Positions 1 through 8,358 of a stretch of 64,000 nucleotides of DNA are shown one piece after another. Positions within the stretch are counted from its first letter, which is position 1; every line of letters begins with the position of its first letter. The position numbers and the translations under genes were made by a program. Under the pieces are notes generated by a model. That model had not been told where the DNA came from and made no database searches. It was given only the letters and a program-made list of their open reading frames with translations. This DNA is from Eubacteriales bacterium (lineage in GTDB: Bacteria; Bacillota; Clostridia; Oscillospirales; CAG-272): contig JAZSMJ010000066.1 of the NCBI GenBank assembly GCA_045535815.1, forward strand, positions 890-64,889, written 5' to 3'.

Positions 1-727
1 GAACGGTTACAGAGAAGAAGGTCAGAAGATATTCGCAATCATCGCAATAACCGTCAAAATCGGAATCTTTATGGTAATCCATTTCGTCTGTACTGTATTC
101 ACAGTGGCAGACAACTTCGCGAATATGCTCTGAATCGGAAATCGAACTCCATGCCCCATAAATGAAGGTATGATCTTCGGTTTCTTCGATTTCAAAACCA
201 CAGTCACAGGTATGAATCAGATAATGCTGCGTAGCATCCTTTTGCTGAAATTTATTGTTGGCAATTAACTGATGATTTTCATACTCATATCTGTTGTATC
301 CGCAACTACAGCTTGCAAGTCGACTGTGTTGTGACGAATTATCCATAGTCCATGCTCCATATGACAATGAGTGGCTTTCGTATTTGATAGCACTATATCC
401 ACAGATCGAACATGAAACACTATACTTATGTTGTGATTCAGAATAATTTGTCTTTGATCCATATACGGAACTATGACTTTCGGTTTGACTGAAACTGTAT
501 CCGCAAGGACAGATTACAGTACGTGTATGACCTGAAGAGCTATCTGGACTCCATTTTCCGTATTGTAAAGAATGGTTTCCAAAAACAGAGCAGATACTTC
601 GACTCGAAATGTTAACGTGTTCTTCTGATGTATCAGACGCCATAGCGTATGTTGTGAAAATGTTGAATGTGAGCATAACTGCCATGAACAGCGACAGGAT
701 AGATTTCTTATTTAAAAATGTTGTCAT
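1..727 (-). CDS. Secreted protein with tandem His/His/Cys/Cys repeats (partial; runs off the left edge, so absent from the ORF track)
   Basis: ATG at 727 preceded by AAGGAG (733-738). My hand translation is open to position 1. N-terminal signal peptide MTTFLNKKSILSLFMAVMLTFNIFTTYAMA, then 5-6 repeats. Confidence 0.6.
   Translation of the reverse strand, partial: MTTFLNKKSILSLFMAVMLTFNIFTTYAMASDTSEEHVNISSRSICSVFGNHSLQYGKWSPDSSSGHTRTVICPCGYSFSQTESHSSVYGSKTNYSESQHKYSVSCSICGYSAIKYESHSLSYGAWTMDNSSQHSRLASCSCGYNRYEYENHQLIANNKFQQKDATQHYLIHTCDCGFEIEETEDHTFIYGAWSSISDSEHIREVVCHCEYSTDEMDYHKDSDFDGYCDDCEYLLTFFSVTV
68..580 (-). repeat. In-frame tandem protein repeat, period ~33-34 aa
   Basis: Motif H-x3-Y-G-x-W-x5-6-H-x5-6-C-x-C-G-[YF]. 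Examples: NHSLQYGKWSPDSSSGHTRTVICPCGY, SHSLSYGAWTMDNSSQHSRLASCSCGY, DHTFIYGAWSSISDSEHIREVVCHCEY. Confidence 0.6.
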
Positions 728-736
728 AAAGTCTCC

Positions 737-1243
737 TTAATCTACGATAGAGATCGTAAATACCACATTGGCAGCGTTTACATTCTCTGTATTGGGAGCA
801 TCCCTCGATACCTTGGCGTAATAGGTGAGAATATGGCTTTGTTCAGCAGCAATTACGGGAAATGCGGAAGAAGTGATGGAAAGGTTTCCCGACCCCTGCG
901 TAGAACAGCCGTTGATCTTTAGAGCGATGGTTTGACTTCCCGAAAAGCTACTGTAGTTACCGACCTTGTATGCACCATCGGTGACAGAAACTGATGTTAC
1001 CTGAATTTGTGTGGTTTTGGAGTTGTTGATGATTCTCGCATTATCCGCTGTGACGACTGTGCCGTTGATAACGTACACTGGAAGCGATGCAGGAATGGTT
1101 ACATTGACCGCACGGTACTCGTTTGCAACTGTCAGCGTAACTGGAACTTTTGCCGTTGTTGATGTGGAGGCAAATACCGTTGTGCTAAGGGAGAGCATAC
1201 AGATTACGACAAGGAGGATTGCTATCAGGTGTTTATGCTTCAT
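737..1243 (-). CDS. Secreted beta-rich protein, divergent paralog 1 of 3
   Basis: Signal peptide ending VFA-ST. Shares the ...IINNS...V.SVSVT... core and the ANVVF.I... C-terminus with the next two ORFs. Confidence 0.6.
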   Translation of the reverse strand: MKHKHLIAILLVVICMLSLSTTVFASTSTTAKVPVTLTVANEYRAVNVTIPASLPVYVINGTVVTADNARIINNSKTTQIQVTSVSVTDGAYKVGNYSSFSGSQTIALKINGCSTQGSGNLSITSSAFPVIAAEQSHILTYYAKVSRDAPNTENVNAANVVFTISIVD

Positions 1244-1327
1244 ATACCTTCCTTTCCGCAGTAATGGTGTCCCAGAGAATAATTCCCGGAGATACCATTA
1301 CTGCTGTTAATATTTGCTGTTTGGCGA

Positions 1328-1990
1328 TCAGGCTACCATATCCCATTCTATAACAAATACCACATTTGCTATGGTTGTATTGCTCATCGCCCCGGAAAGA
1401 GGAGTGACGATAGCGGAATACTGGATTGCAACAGTATTGCCGGAAAGATTACCTAAGCCCGTCATATAGCAACCTGCGATAGGTTCGGAAATGAGGTGCT
1501 GAGTGGAATTATCGGAAGTGGTCTTGACCTGCTTACCGCCGCCGATGGACAAAGCAAAACCGAGTTTGTTGGAGTCAACCTTTTCTGCGGCAAGAATGAA
1601 TTTATCACCGAATGCCGTTAGATTCCAATCATCGGCTGCCGTGATGGTTACGGACTTCACACGAACTGCACCGTAGGAATTGTTGATGATCTTACAGTCG
1701 GTAGCGGTGACGACATTACCATCATCGGACATTGCCATTGGAAGTGCAGTGGGAACAACGACGCTCAGTTTGGTTGGTGTTACAGTGCACGGATCATCGG
1801 GAATGCCGTCACCGTCGGTATCTGTACCACCGAGCCCGTCGTTTGTAGTAGTGAGGTTTACGGGAGTTGAAGCCGATTCGCCGCTTGTGCTTATTTCAGC
1901 CGCAAAAGTGTTAATGGACATTGCACACACCATGCAGCAGAGCGCAAGACAAAGGGACACGATCTTTGAAATGGATTTGTGTTTGGTCAT
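1328..1990 (-). CDS. Secreted beta-rich protein, paralog 2 (contains DTDGDGIPDD Ca-binding-like motif)
   Basis: Preferred start ATG 1990 with AAGGAG upstream; signal peptide ...TFA-AE; long identical stretch TATDCKIINNSYGAVRVKSVTI shared with paralog 3. Confidence 0.65.
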   Translation of the reverse strand: MTKHKSISKIVSLCLALCCMVCAMSINTFAAEISTSGESASTPVNLTTTNDGLGGTDTDGDGIPDDPCTVTPTKLSVVVPTALPMAMSDDGNVVTATDCKIINNSYGAVRVKSVTITAADDWNLTAFGDKFILAAEKVDSNKLGFALSIGGGKQVKTTSDNSTQHLISEPIAGCYMTGLGNLSGNTVAIQYSAIVTPLSGAMSNTTIANVVFVIEWDMVA

Positions 1991-2085
1991 ATGTTTTTCT
2001 CCTTTTATGCCTTTCAGCTTTGAAAATATGATTGTTTGTATAGAAAAAGGGCGGTTGCTCACCGCCCTATATCCATATTATTTGA

Positions 2086-2694
2086 TTATGCTGCAGTATC
2101 CCATTCGATGACGAATACCACATTTGCAATGTTAGCATTGGTTACGGGAGAGGAAAGGGGTGTTACGATTGCATCGTAGGTTACGCTTACGAAATTGCTG
2201 TTCGGATTACCTACGCCACTCATATAGCATCCTGCAATTGGTGCAGAAATGAGTGCCTGAGATACTTCGTTGGAATTATCGGTCATTACAGCGTTACCTT
2301 CGCCAATAGCGATGGAAAATCCGAGCTTGTTGGAATCTACCTTTTCAGACGCGAGAGTAGACTTGTCACCAAAAGTGGTGAGTCTCCAGCCGTTTGCGGT
2401 AGAGATTGTGACGGATTTTACGCGAACTGCACCGTAGGAATTGTTGATGATTTTGCAGTCTGTTGCAGTGGTTACATCACCGGTCTGGCTCATTGCCATC
2501 GGGAGAGTGGTAGGAACGGTTACGGACATTGCGGTTGCGGCAGGTTCTCCGTCGATGGAACCATCCTCGGTAGAACTGAGATAAACGGGAGTAGTACCTG
2601 CTCCGCCGTCAGAATCTACTTCAGCGGCAAAGGCAGATATGGACATGGCACATACCATGCAGATCGTAAGAGCGAGTGCAATAAACTTTTTCAT
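2086..2694 (-). CDS. Secreted beta-rich protein, paralog 3
   Basis: RBS AAGGAG; signal peptide ...AFA-AE; C-terminus ANVVFVIEWD as in paralog 2. Confidence 0.7.
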   Translation of the reverse strand: MKKFIALALTICMVCAMSISAFAAEVDSDGGAGTTPVYLSSTEDGSIDGEPAATAMSVTVPTTLPMAMSQTGDVTTATDCKIINNSYGAVRVKSVTISTANGWRLTTFGDKSTLASEKVDSNKLGFSIAIGEGNAVMTDNSNEVSQALISAPIAGCYMSGVGNPNSNFVSVTYDAIVTPLSSPVTNANIANVVFVIEWDTAA

Positions 2695-2752
2695 AGGTTT
2701 AATCTCCTTTTTTTGTTTATGAATTATTTTTTTATTACTTGTGTATCACAGC

Positions 2753-3340
2753 TTATTCAAGCACAGTGATGTGAATGATAGCTCCGGCACAACCAAGATG
2801 TGCGCCGGAATTGGGATCTACATTGTAGAACATGGCGGTACATTCATACACACCCTTATCAAGATCGACGTTCAGCTTGGCACTTTCGATTTTACTGCCA
2901 ACGGGAATTGCACCGGATCTATATATTATCTCACCCGTATCATTTCGGGTGATTTCCACAACTTGCGGATAACGGTTGATGTTCTCGTTGACGATCATGA
3001 GATTTCCGGCAGATGTACCGTTAGCGAAGTTGGGAGCGGTGTTGCAAGAAATATTCATCATTCCTTCCTCAACCTTTTCATTCAGATTTGCAATGATTCT
3101 GTCTGCATCTGTTTTGTCCCAGCCGCCCTGTACAGCATCGTTATCATATACAATGCCGGACTTGATTGTGTCGTCTGTCGTTTCAATCGGCTTGTCGCTT
3201 TCACAACCACGGAGCAGACTAATGATAATGGCAATCGCAATAAGGATACCGATTGTGATACCTGTAATTTTTAAGAACATGCCGTTATCTTTTTTTTGAT
3301 AACGTGATTTGTTGTTTACGGAATGTTTGGAATCTTTCAT
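2753..3340 (-). CDS. Membrane-anchored extracytoplasmic protein, unknown function
   Basis: Preferred start ATG 3340 with AGGAG upstream; basic N-terminus, one TM (ITGITIGILIAIAIIISLL), then a ~140-aa soluble domain. Confidence 0.55.
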   Translation of the reverse strand: MKDSKHSVNNKSRYQKKDNGMFLKITGITIGILIAIAIIISLLRGCESDKPIETTDDTIKSGIVYDNDAVQGGWDKTDADRIIANLNEKVEEGMMNISCNTAPNFANGTSAGNLMIVNENINRYPQVVEITRNDTGEIIYRSGAIPVGSKIESAKLNVDLDKGVYECTAMFYNVDPNSGAHLGCAGAIIHITVLE

Positions 3341-3487
3341 TCTGGTCTCCTGTCTGCCGTCTTTGCGGCGTATAGATTTGTCTTTGCGCATTTGTCTTGG
3401 TGGTTCGGTTAAGGCGGAATCACCAAGCGGTGCAGATAATACAGCATGGAATCACTCCTTTCGAGGGCATAAAAATAACTCCCACTT

Positions 3488-4393
3488 TTATTTGTTGTGA
3501 GAGCTGTTACCATACAAATCATGCTGAACTAACGCTGAGTAATAGTTGCCGATGGTAATCGAGGCATTGTACAGCGTTGTCAGTAGATATTGCTTGATGT
3601 TTCGAATTTTCGTTGTGTTTTCTTTCAGGCAGTTAAATACGAATTTGATATGCTCTATGTCCAGCTTTAGTAGCCGTGAGCGAACTATCTCGGAAGGGTG
3701 GTCTGTTCCTGCCACGCGTATATACCTTTTCGTGGAACATACCGTTTCCACTAGAAGTTCTAGTATTTCCTTCAGCCTGTCACGGTCAAGGGGGAGTTCA
3801 TCGTACAGAATGTCATACGAGATATTTTCCTTTATGATTTCTCTGTATATCTCTATATCACGCATATTCGCTTCGTTTCGTTTCGATTCAAGGTCGGTAA
3901 GCACGGAAAGATGTTTACCATCGGAATAGAATGAATCGATGTTTTGTGAGTTAGTAATTGATTTGTGAGTATTTGTTATATCTATATTTAATTGTGTGGG
4001 ATTTTCCTGTTCAGGCTTTGCCAAGATAGGTTTATCCAAGCTTGGATTTTCCAAAACTGGATTTTCCCGTTCAGGTTTTTCCGGTTTAGGTGAAGGCTGT
4101 TTCGGCTGTTCTAGTATAGTGTATTCGATAGAACCGAGCTGACCGTTGGTGCTCCGAACACGCTCACGAATCACATATCCGTGTTCTTCCAGTTCTCTCA
4201 CTCCGGCACAAATGCTGTCTACACCGTCCTTACAGATATGGGCAAGACCTTTAGTGGTGTAGTCCCAATCTTCGGGAAGGGAGAGCATAAGTGAGAGCAA
4301 ACCTTTTGCTTTCAGTGATAAATCCTTATTCCGCAGATGATAATTAGCCATCACGGTATAATCCTTTGTCTTTTCAATTCGGAATACTGCCAT
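3488..4393 (-). CDS. Replication-initiator-type winged-HTH protein typical of Firmicutes ICEs/plasmids
   Basis: Start MAVFRIEKTKDYTVMANYHLRNKDLSLKAKGLLSLMLSLPEDWDYT... is the conserved N-terminal module of this family as I recall it; P/E-rich linker; RBS GAGGGA. Confidence 0.6.
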   Translation of the reverse strand: MAVFRIEKTKDYTVMANYHLRNKDLSLKAKGLLSLMLSLPEDWDYTTKGLAHICKDGVDSICAGVRELEEHGYVIRERVRSTNGQLGSIEYTILEQPKQPSPKPEKPERENPVLENPSLDKPILAKPEQENPTQLNIDITNTHKSITNSQNIDSFYSDGKHLSVLTDLESKRNEANMRDIEIYREIIKENISYDILYDELPLDRDRLKEILELLVETVCSTKRYIRVAGTDHPSEIVRSRLLKLDIEHIKFVFNCLKENTTKIRNIKQYLLTTLYNASITIGNYYSALVQHDLYGNSSHNK

Positions 4394-5009
4394 GCGTGTC
4401 TCCCTCGTTGTCCAGCGACAGAATTGCTGGTCCGTATCTGCTGATAAGAATTGCATTGATAACAAGCCGAAATGCTTCTTCATCGTATATCTCGGGGTCG
4501 GCAAGTTCATCCGCTTTCATGTCGTTTGATTGTGTGTACAGGCTTTTCGCCGCTTTATACAGTGCATATTGTTTGATATTCATGCCGAGAAGCTGTGTGA
4601 AACGAAAATCTATTCTCAGATTTGTGAAGCACTTTGACATACGGCTGAACAAGTCGGCATCTGCGGTCAGTAGATAGAGAGCCGCATAATATACGTTGGT
4701 GCCCTGTTCTTCAAAATGATCGTATTCAAAATGATCGTATATGATTTGTGTATGAGTGAATCTGTGCTTGTGATTTTTGTCTTTCCATAAAGGTTGATCG
4801 GCATATCTCAATAAGTGTTTCAATCGATTTTGTAGGTGCATATGCTCCAAGAAAAAAGAACGAAACAGCAGCTTATATTCTACAACACCCGTTTCGATTC
4901 TCTCGCTCATCCAAGGGCATATGATCTCTCTGCATCGTCCGCGAATGAATCGCAGGCAATATTTACAGTTCATATCCTGACGTTTGTATTTATATTCTTG
5001 ACGTTTCAT
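4374..5009 (-). CDS. ICE-associated protein of unknown function (DUF6075-like by recollection)
   Basis: Preferred start ATG 5009 with GGAGG upstream; sits between the ParB-like and Rep-like genes, as is usual in such elements. Confidence 0.45.
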   Translation of the reverse strand: MKRQEYKYKRQDMNCKYCLRFIRGRCREIICPWMSERIETGVVEYKLLFRSFFLEHMHLQNRLKHLLRYADQPLWKDKNHKHRFTHTQIIYDHFEYDHFEEQGTNVYYAALYLLTADADLFSRMSKCFTNLRIDFRFTQLLGMNIKQYALYKAAKSLYTQSNDMKADELADPEIYDEEAFRLVINAILISRYGPAILSLDNEGDTHGSIPN

Positions 5010-5087
5010 GATTTCCTCCGATAGATTTTGAAATGACAAACGTCCGATGAGATGAATCACTCAACATCGGACGTTCAAATAAGATAT

Positions 5088-5963
5088 TCAGTTATTGCTT
5101 GTTTTCTGATTTATATTTTCTATTCGCCGTTTATACCACATATCCAGCAGGCGGTAGATTGTTTTTTCGATTTGCTTTGAAGTATAGCTTTTTGGGAAGT
5201 ATTTGCGGAGTTTTTCCAATGTGAGTGTCAGATTCCCACTCTCGGGTTTCTTTTGCTCGGTCATAATCCCCAGCATGGAGTCATCGTCCAATTTGCCTTC
5301 TTGGGACAGTTTCTTCATGCGCTGAGCCTGTGAGAGCGATGGCGTAGCCTGTTCGCTGTCGATAGTGTCAATCAGTAGCAATTGTTCATCAGGTTTCAGA
5401 TAAGAGAGTTCAACAGCAGGCGTCATGCCTATTTTTCCATTATCAACCATTTGTTGAAGTTCAGGCTTCAGTTCGGTCAGTCGTATGTATCTCTGTATTT
5501 GTGCGCGGCTTTCACCTGATTCCTTCGCTATTATTTCATCTGAACGCAACTTCGTCTCAACTTGAGACGAAGTTAAATCACGCCGTGCTCCTTGCCGTTT
5601 TATTGCATCGATTTTCATCTTGTATGCTTTTGCACGTTCGCTGGGGAGAATAAACTCTCTCTGCAAATTGCTGTCTACCATGATGATTGTAGCGACATCT
5701 CTGTCCACATCTCGGACAATTACGGGCATTGTATTAAATCCGGCTTGTTCACAGGCATATTTGCGTCTGTGTCCTGAAATCAGTTCGTATAATCCATTTT
5801 CAATCGGTCTGACAATTGCCGGAACTATAATGCCATATTCTTTGACGCTCTCTATTGTCTGCTTCATGGAGTCATCATCTCTGATGCTGAATGGGTGATT
5901 GGGAAATGAAACAATTTTGCTGATTGGTAAATTCATTATTTGTTCCGTAGAGCCCTTTAACAT
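5088..5963 (-). CDS. ParB/Spo0J-like nuclease-domain partition protein (mobile-element type)
   Basis: ParB-N motifs ...IVPAIVRP...YELISGHRRKYACEQAG...; HTH region SGESRAQIQRYIRL; RBS AGGAGG. Confidence 0.8.
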   Translation of the reverse strand: MLKGSTEQIMNLPISKIVSFPNHPFSIRDDDSMKQTIESVKEYGIIVPAIVRPIENGLYELISGHRRKYACEQAGFNTMPVIVRDVDRDVATIIMVDSNLQREFILPSERAKAYKMKIDAIKRQGARRDLTSSQVETKLRSDEIIAKESGESRAQIQRYIRLTELKPELQQMVDNGKIGMTPAVELSYLKPDEQLLLIDTIDSEQATPSLSQAQRMKKLSQEGKLDDDSMLGIMTEQKKPESGNLTLTLEKLRKYFPKSYTSKQIEKTIYRLLDMWYKRRIENINQKTSNN

Positions 5964-5994
5964 TTTGACCTCCTGCTATGCAAACAATTCCTTG

Positions 5995-6279
5995 TTATAA
6001 TTTTAACTGTATGTATGCTTCCAACAGTTCTTGAAGAGTTCTCCCGGATGTTTCATCGAAGGAAAGTTTTACGGTATATTTTCCGTGCTTATAACAATAA
6101 GGATTTTTAATTTGCTTTACAAAATTATTTATCCGTTCTTCTTGCGTAAGATCTGTGTTAATTTTGACATCCCGAATATCTACTAGCTCATCACGGTCAA
6201 CTGTAAGCAAATCAACATTTTTTAGATTGTCAAGAGTTGTTTTCTTGTTTTCATTATCAGTTATATTATGCTCATCCAT
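5995..6279 (-). CDS. Small conserved ICE-associated protein (DUF6870-like by recollection)
   Basis: 94 aa with ...IKNPYCYKHGKYTVKLSF... motif. Confidence 0.4.
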   Translation of the reverse strand: MDEHNITDNENKKTTLDNLKNVDLLTVDRDELVDIRDVKINTDLTQEERINNFVKQIKNPYCYKHGKYTVKLSFDETSGRTLQELLEAYIQLKL

Positions 6280-6389
6280 CTTGAATCCTTCACTAAAAGT
6301 ATAACGACGATCATTGATAGGATACTCTTTGATCGCCGCTATCGCATCAGAAGCACCTCCATTCCTTTTTAATTTGCAGAAAAAGAAAA

Positions 6390-6436
6390 ATAGGACTAAA
6401 GCGACGCCCGTTTGTCGGGTTTTGCTTTAGTCCTAT
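6390..6436. repeat. Nested hairpin at the recombinase break point
   Basis: ATAGGACTAAAGC (6390-6402) is the perfect complement of GCTTTAGTCCTAT (6424-6436); inner CCCG/CGGG stem. Confidence 0.6.
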
Positions 6437-6445
6437 TATATCAGA

Positions 6446-6586
6446 GGCATCTGCGTATATTCCGTAAAGCTCCCATCCGTCTTTATTCGATATGTATTTT
6501 TCAAAAAAGCTTTTCTGATTTTCAAGCGAGAGCGCCTGGTCGCTCTTGTCTGTCGATACACGGCAGTATACCGCTATCCGCTTCAA
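6446..6586 (-). pseudogene. N-terminal ~46-codon fragment of a serine recombinase (resolvase/invertase catalytic domain)
   Basis: MKRIAVYCRVSTDKSDQALSLENQKSFFEKYISNKDGWELYGIYAD matches the catalytic-Ser N-terminus. The remaining 33 codons of ORF 6347-6586 are unrelated sequence. Confidence 0.65.
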
Positions 6587-6759
6587 GCCTTATCACCTCT
6601 GCAGTCGGGAATATAATGCAGCTCATTTTCTCTTATAAGAGCACGCTCAAGTGCAAGCGTTACCGCCTTTATAAAAAGCTTTTCCATATGCGGATCAAGC
6701 CTTGTGATCTTGGATATCAGCCTCACCCGATCTGCCTTTTTTGATGTGTTCAATTTCAT
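6583..6759 (-). CDS. Small hypothetical protein upstream of the recombinase fragment
   Basis: ATG 6759 preceded by GGAGG; its stop overlaps the recombinase start (ATGA). Confidence 0.3.
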   Translation of the reverse strand: MKLNTSKKADRVRLISKITRLDPHMEKLFIKAVTLALERALIRENELHYIPDCRGDKA

Positions 6760-6927
6760 CGCCTCCACTTGATAAATACGCCCGAAAAGCTTCCCTTATG
6801 AAAAACAAAAGGGGAAAAATTTAAATCATTAAAAAAAATATTTTTTATGCAATCTAAAAACGCATTGACACTTAATGTCAAAAATGGTAGTATAATATAT
6901 AATATTATTTTAAAAAAGGATCATAAA

Positions 6928-7893
6928 ATGAAAAGCTATATTTTGCCTTTCTCTTCCGATGTAGAGGTGCAGACGTATCAATACAGAGCCTTCCCGTTGG
7001 GGATCATTAAAGCAGTTTTAGGTGAATACGATATATTTCTTTGCAACAGATTAATTAATGTTGCGTTTTCTCCGGATAGCGGATTGTTTGATTTTTTAGA
7101 TGATGACCTTTGGGGGTTAAGAGACGGATTCGGTACAATGCAGAGTATGTTTCTTCATCCCGATACATACGGAAAAGGCGGAATGGATATAATTGAACTT
7201 AATAAATCAATGATAGATTCCGGTCATTATATAAACGGTGAATACAACGAGTTTTATATCCGTCAGAAAGCATCGTATAACAAGAGACACTTTGAACACG
7301 ATTATCTCATTTTCGGATATGACGATGAAAAAAGAGTTTTTAAATCAGCCGGATATCTTGCAGATAAAAAGTATTCGATGTTTGATATTGATTATGAAGA
7401 TTACCTGAGATCTGTCATAAACGCAAAGACAAATTTGCTTTTCGTTCACTATATAAAATATAACCAAAATATATCAGTTCAGCTTAATACGGAAAAGATC
7501 AAAGAAGAACTTAATAATTATCTGGGCTCAAAAAAAGATGTTACATCGCCTTCTGATAATATTTATGGAATAAGTGCGTGGAACAGGCTTTGCGAATATG
7601 TAGATCAATCTAATGACGATCTTGATTTCAGATTCGGAAGACTATTCGCGGAACATAAATCTCTTATGCTGTACAGGATGAATAAGCTAAGTGAGCTTAA
7701 AGCGTGCAATGCAGACAACTTGATAGAGCAATACCGCGAAACCGTATACTCGATCGCTCAGCAGATACATAAACTGTTTATCAAATACACAATATCGGGC
7801 GACAAAAAAACCAAAGAAAGAATAGTTGAAAAAATACGATCTGCCACAGAAGCCGAATCGAGAATTATTGAACAGTTTATACTGAAAATATAG
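6928..7893 (+). CDS. Hypothetical cytoplasmic protein (possibly a papain-fold/BtrH-N-like enzyme; weak)
   Basis: Preferred start MKSYILPF. Contains ...FEHDYLIFGYDDEKRVFKSAGY..., reminiscent of the H-x5-GYD motif of BtrH_N/DUF4872-type proteins. No catalytic Cys motif recognised with confidence. Confidence 0.5.
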   Translation: MKSYILPFSSDVEVQTYQYRAFPLGIIKAVLGEYDIFLCNRLINVAFSPDSGLFDFLDDDLWGLRDGFGTMQSMFLHPDTYGKGGMDIIELNKSMIDSGHYINGEYNEFYIRQKASYNKRHFEHDYLIFGYDDEKRVFKSAGYLADKKYSMFDIDYEDYLRSVINAKTNLLFVHYIKYNQNISVQLNTEKIKEELNNYLGSKKDVTSPSDNIYGISAWNRLCEYVDQSNDDLDFRFGRLFAEHKSLMLYRMNKLSELKACNADNLIEQYRETVYSIAQQIHKLFIKYTISGDKKTKERIVEKIRSATEAESRIIEQFILKI

Positions 7894-7963
7894 CAATTTA
7901 AAAAATATGAGCGGTAAAAAAGATGCATTTTGAAAAGCATTGTGTTCTAAAGGACAATTTTGG

Positions 7964-8003
7964 AAGAATACGGCATACCTCTTTTGAGATATGCCGTATT
8001 CTT
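7964..8003 (+). terminator. 14-bp perfect hairpin after the 6928-7893 gene
   Basis: AAGAATACGGCATA (7964-7977) / TATGCCGTATTCTT (7990-8003); T-poor tail. Confidence 0.45.
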
Positions 8004-8094
8004 GTGTTTGTGTCTACAAATGCAAAATTTATTAGGGAAAATGATGAGATAAAATTATCACTTGGAGTATTTTTTATAAACTTCTCTAAAAGTA

Positions 8095-8123
8095 TTTACA
8101 ATTCGTCGAAACAATGATATAAT
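8095..8123 (+). promoter_or_regulatory. Near-consensus sigma-A-type promoter with extended -10
   Basis: TTTACA (8095-8100), 17-nt spacer, TGaTATAAT (8115-8123). Confidence 0.45.
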
Positions 8124-8129
8124 TTTATT

Positions 8130-8340
8130 GTCACACAAACTTAATAATCGGTATTAATGATATTTTCTGCTTTAAGGAATATTATACCTTTTTTTGAGCA
8201 TACCTAAATTAATGGACTTGGTAAAAATGCAAGCTCCTCTAGTTTGGGTATGTCTGAAATATTCATATTCCGGTTAGTTTGTGTGACAACAATCGGAGTT
8301 TGCGTTTTTCGGTGCGTGGCTTCGGTTACGCACCTTTTTA
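8130..8340 (+). ncRNA. Candidate ~210-nt structured RNA (rod-like nested helices), unclassified
   Basis: Bounded by the promoter above and the terminator at 8311-8340. Nested pairings 8129-8141/8276-8288 (13 bp), 8177-8183/8258-8264, 8199-8204/8247-8252. No ORF with an RBS. Confidence 0.35.
8311..8340 (+). terminator. Rho-independent terminator (plus-strand orientation)
   Basis: GGTGCGT / ACGCACC stem followed by a TTTTTATATTCTT tail. The minus-strand reading lacks a T tail. Confidence 0.6.
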
Positions 8341-8358
8341 TATTCTTATATCAAAAAA

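Larger units (their letters stand above)
1..6800 (-). mobile_element. Edge of an integrated plasmid/ICE-like element, continuing left of the window; probably immobilised
   Basis: Co-directional ParB-like, DUF6075-like and replication-type HTH genes, a small ICE-type protein and a truncated serine recombinase; cargo of secreted paralogs. Confidence 0.55.

Noticed and set aside
8152-8276. Micro-ORFs inside the candidate RNA (MIFSALRNIIPFFEHT and MDLVKMQAPLVWVCLKYSYSG) as RiPP precursors
   Set aside because: Neither has a Shine-Dalgarno sequence, and both sit inside the paired arms of the predicted hairpin. I kept them only as a caveat to the ncRNA call.
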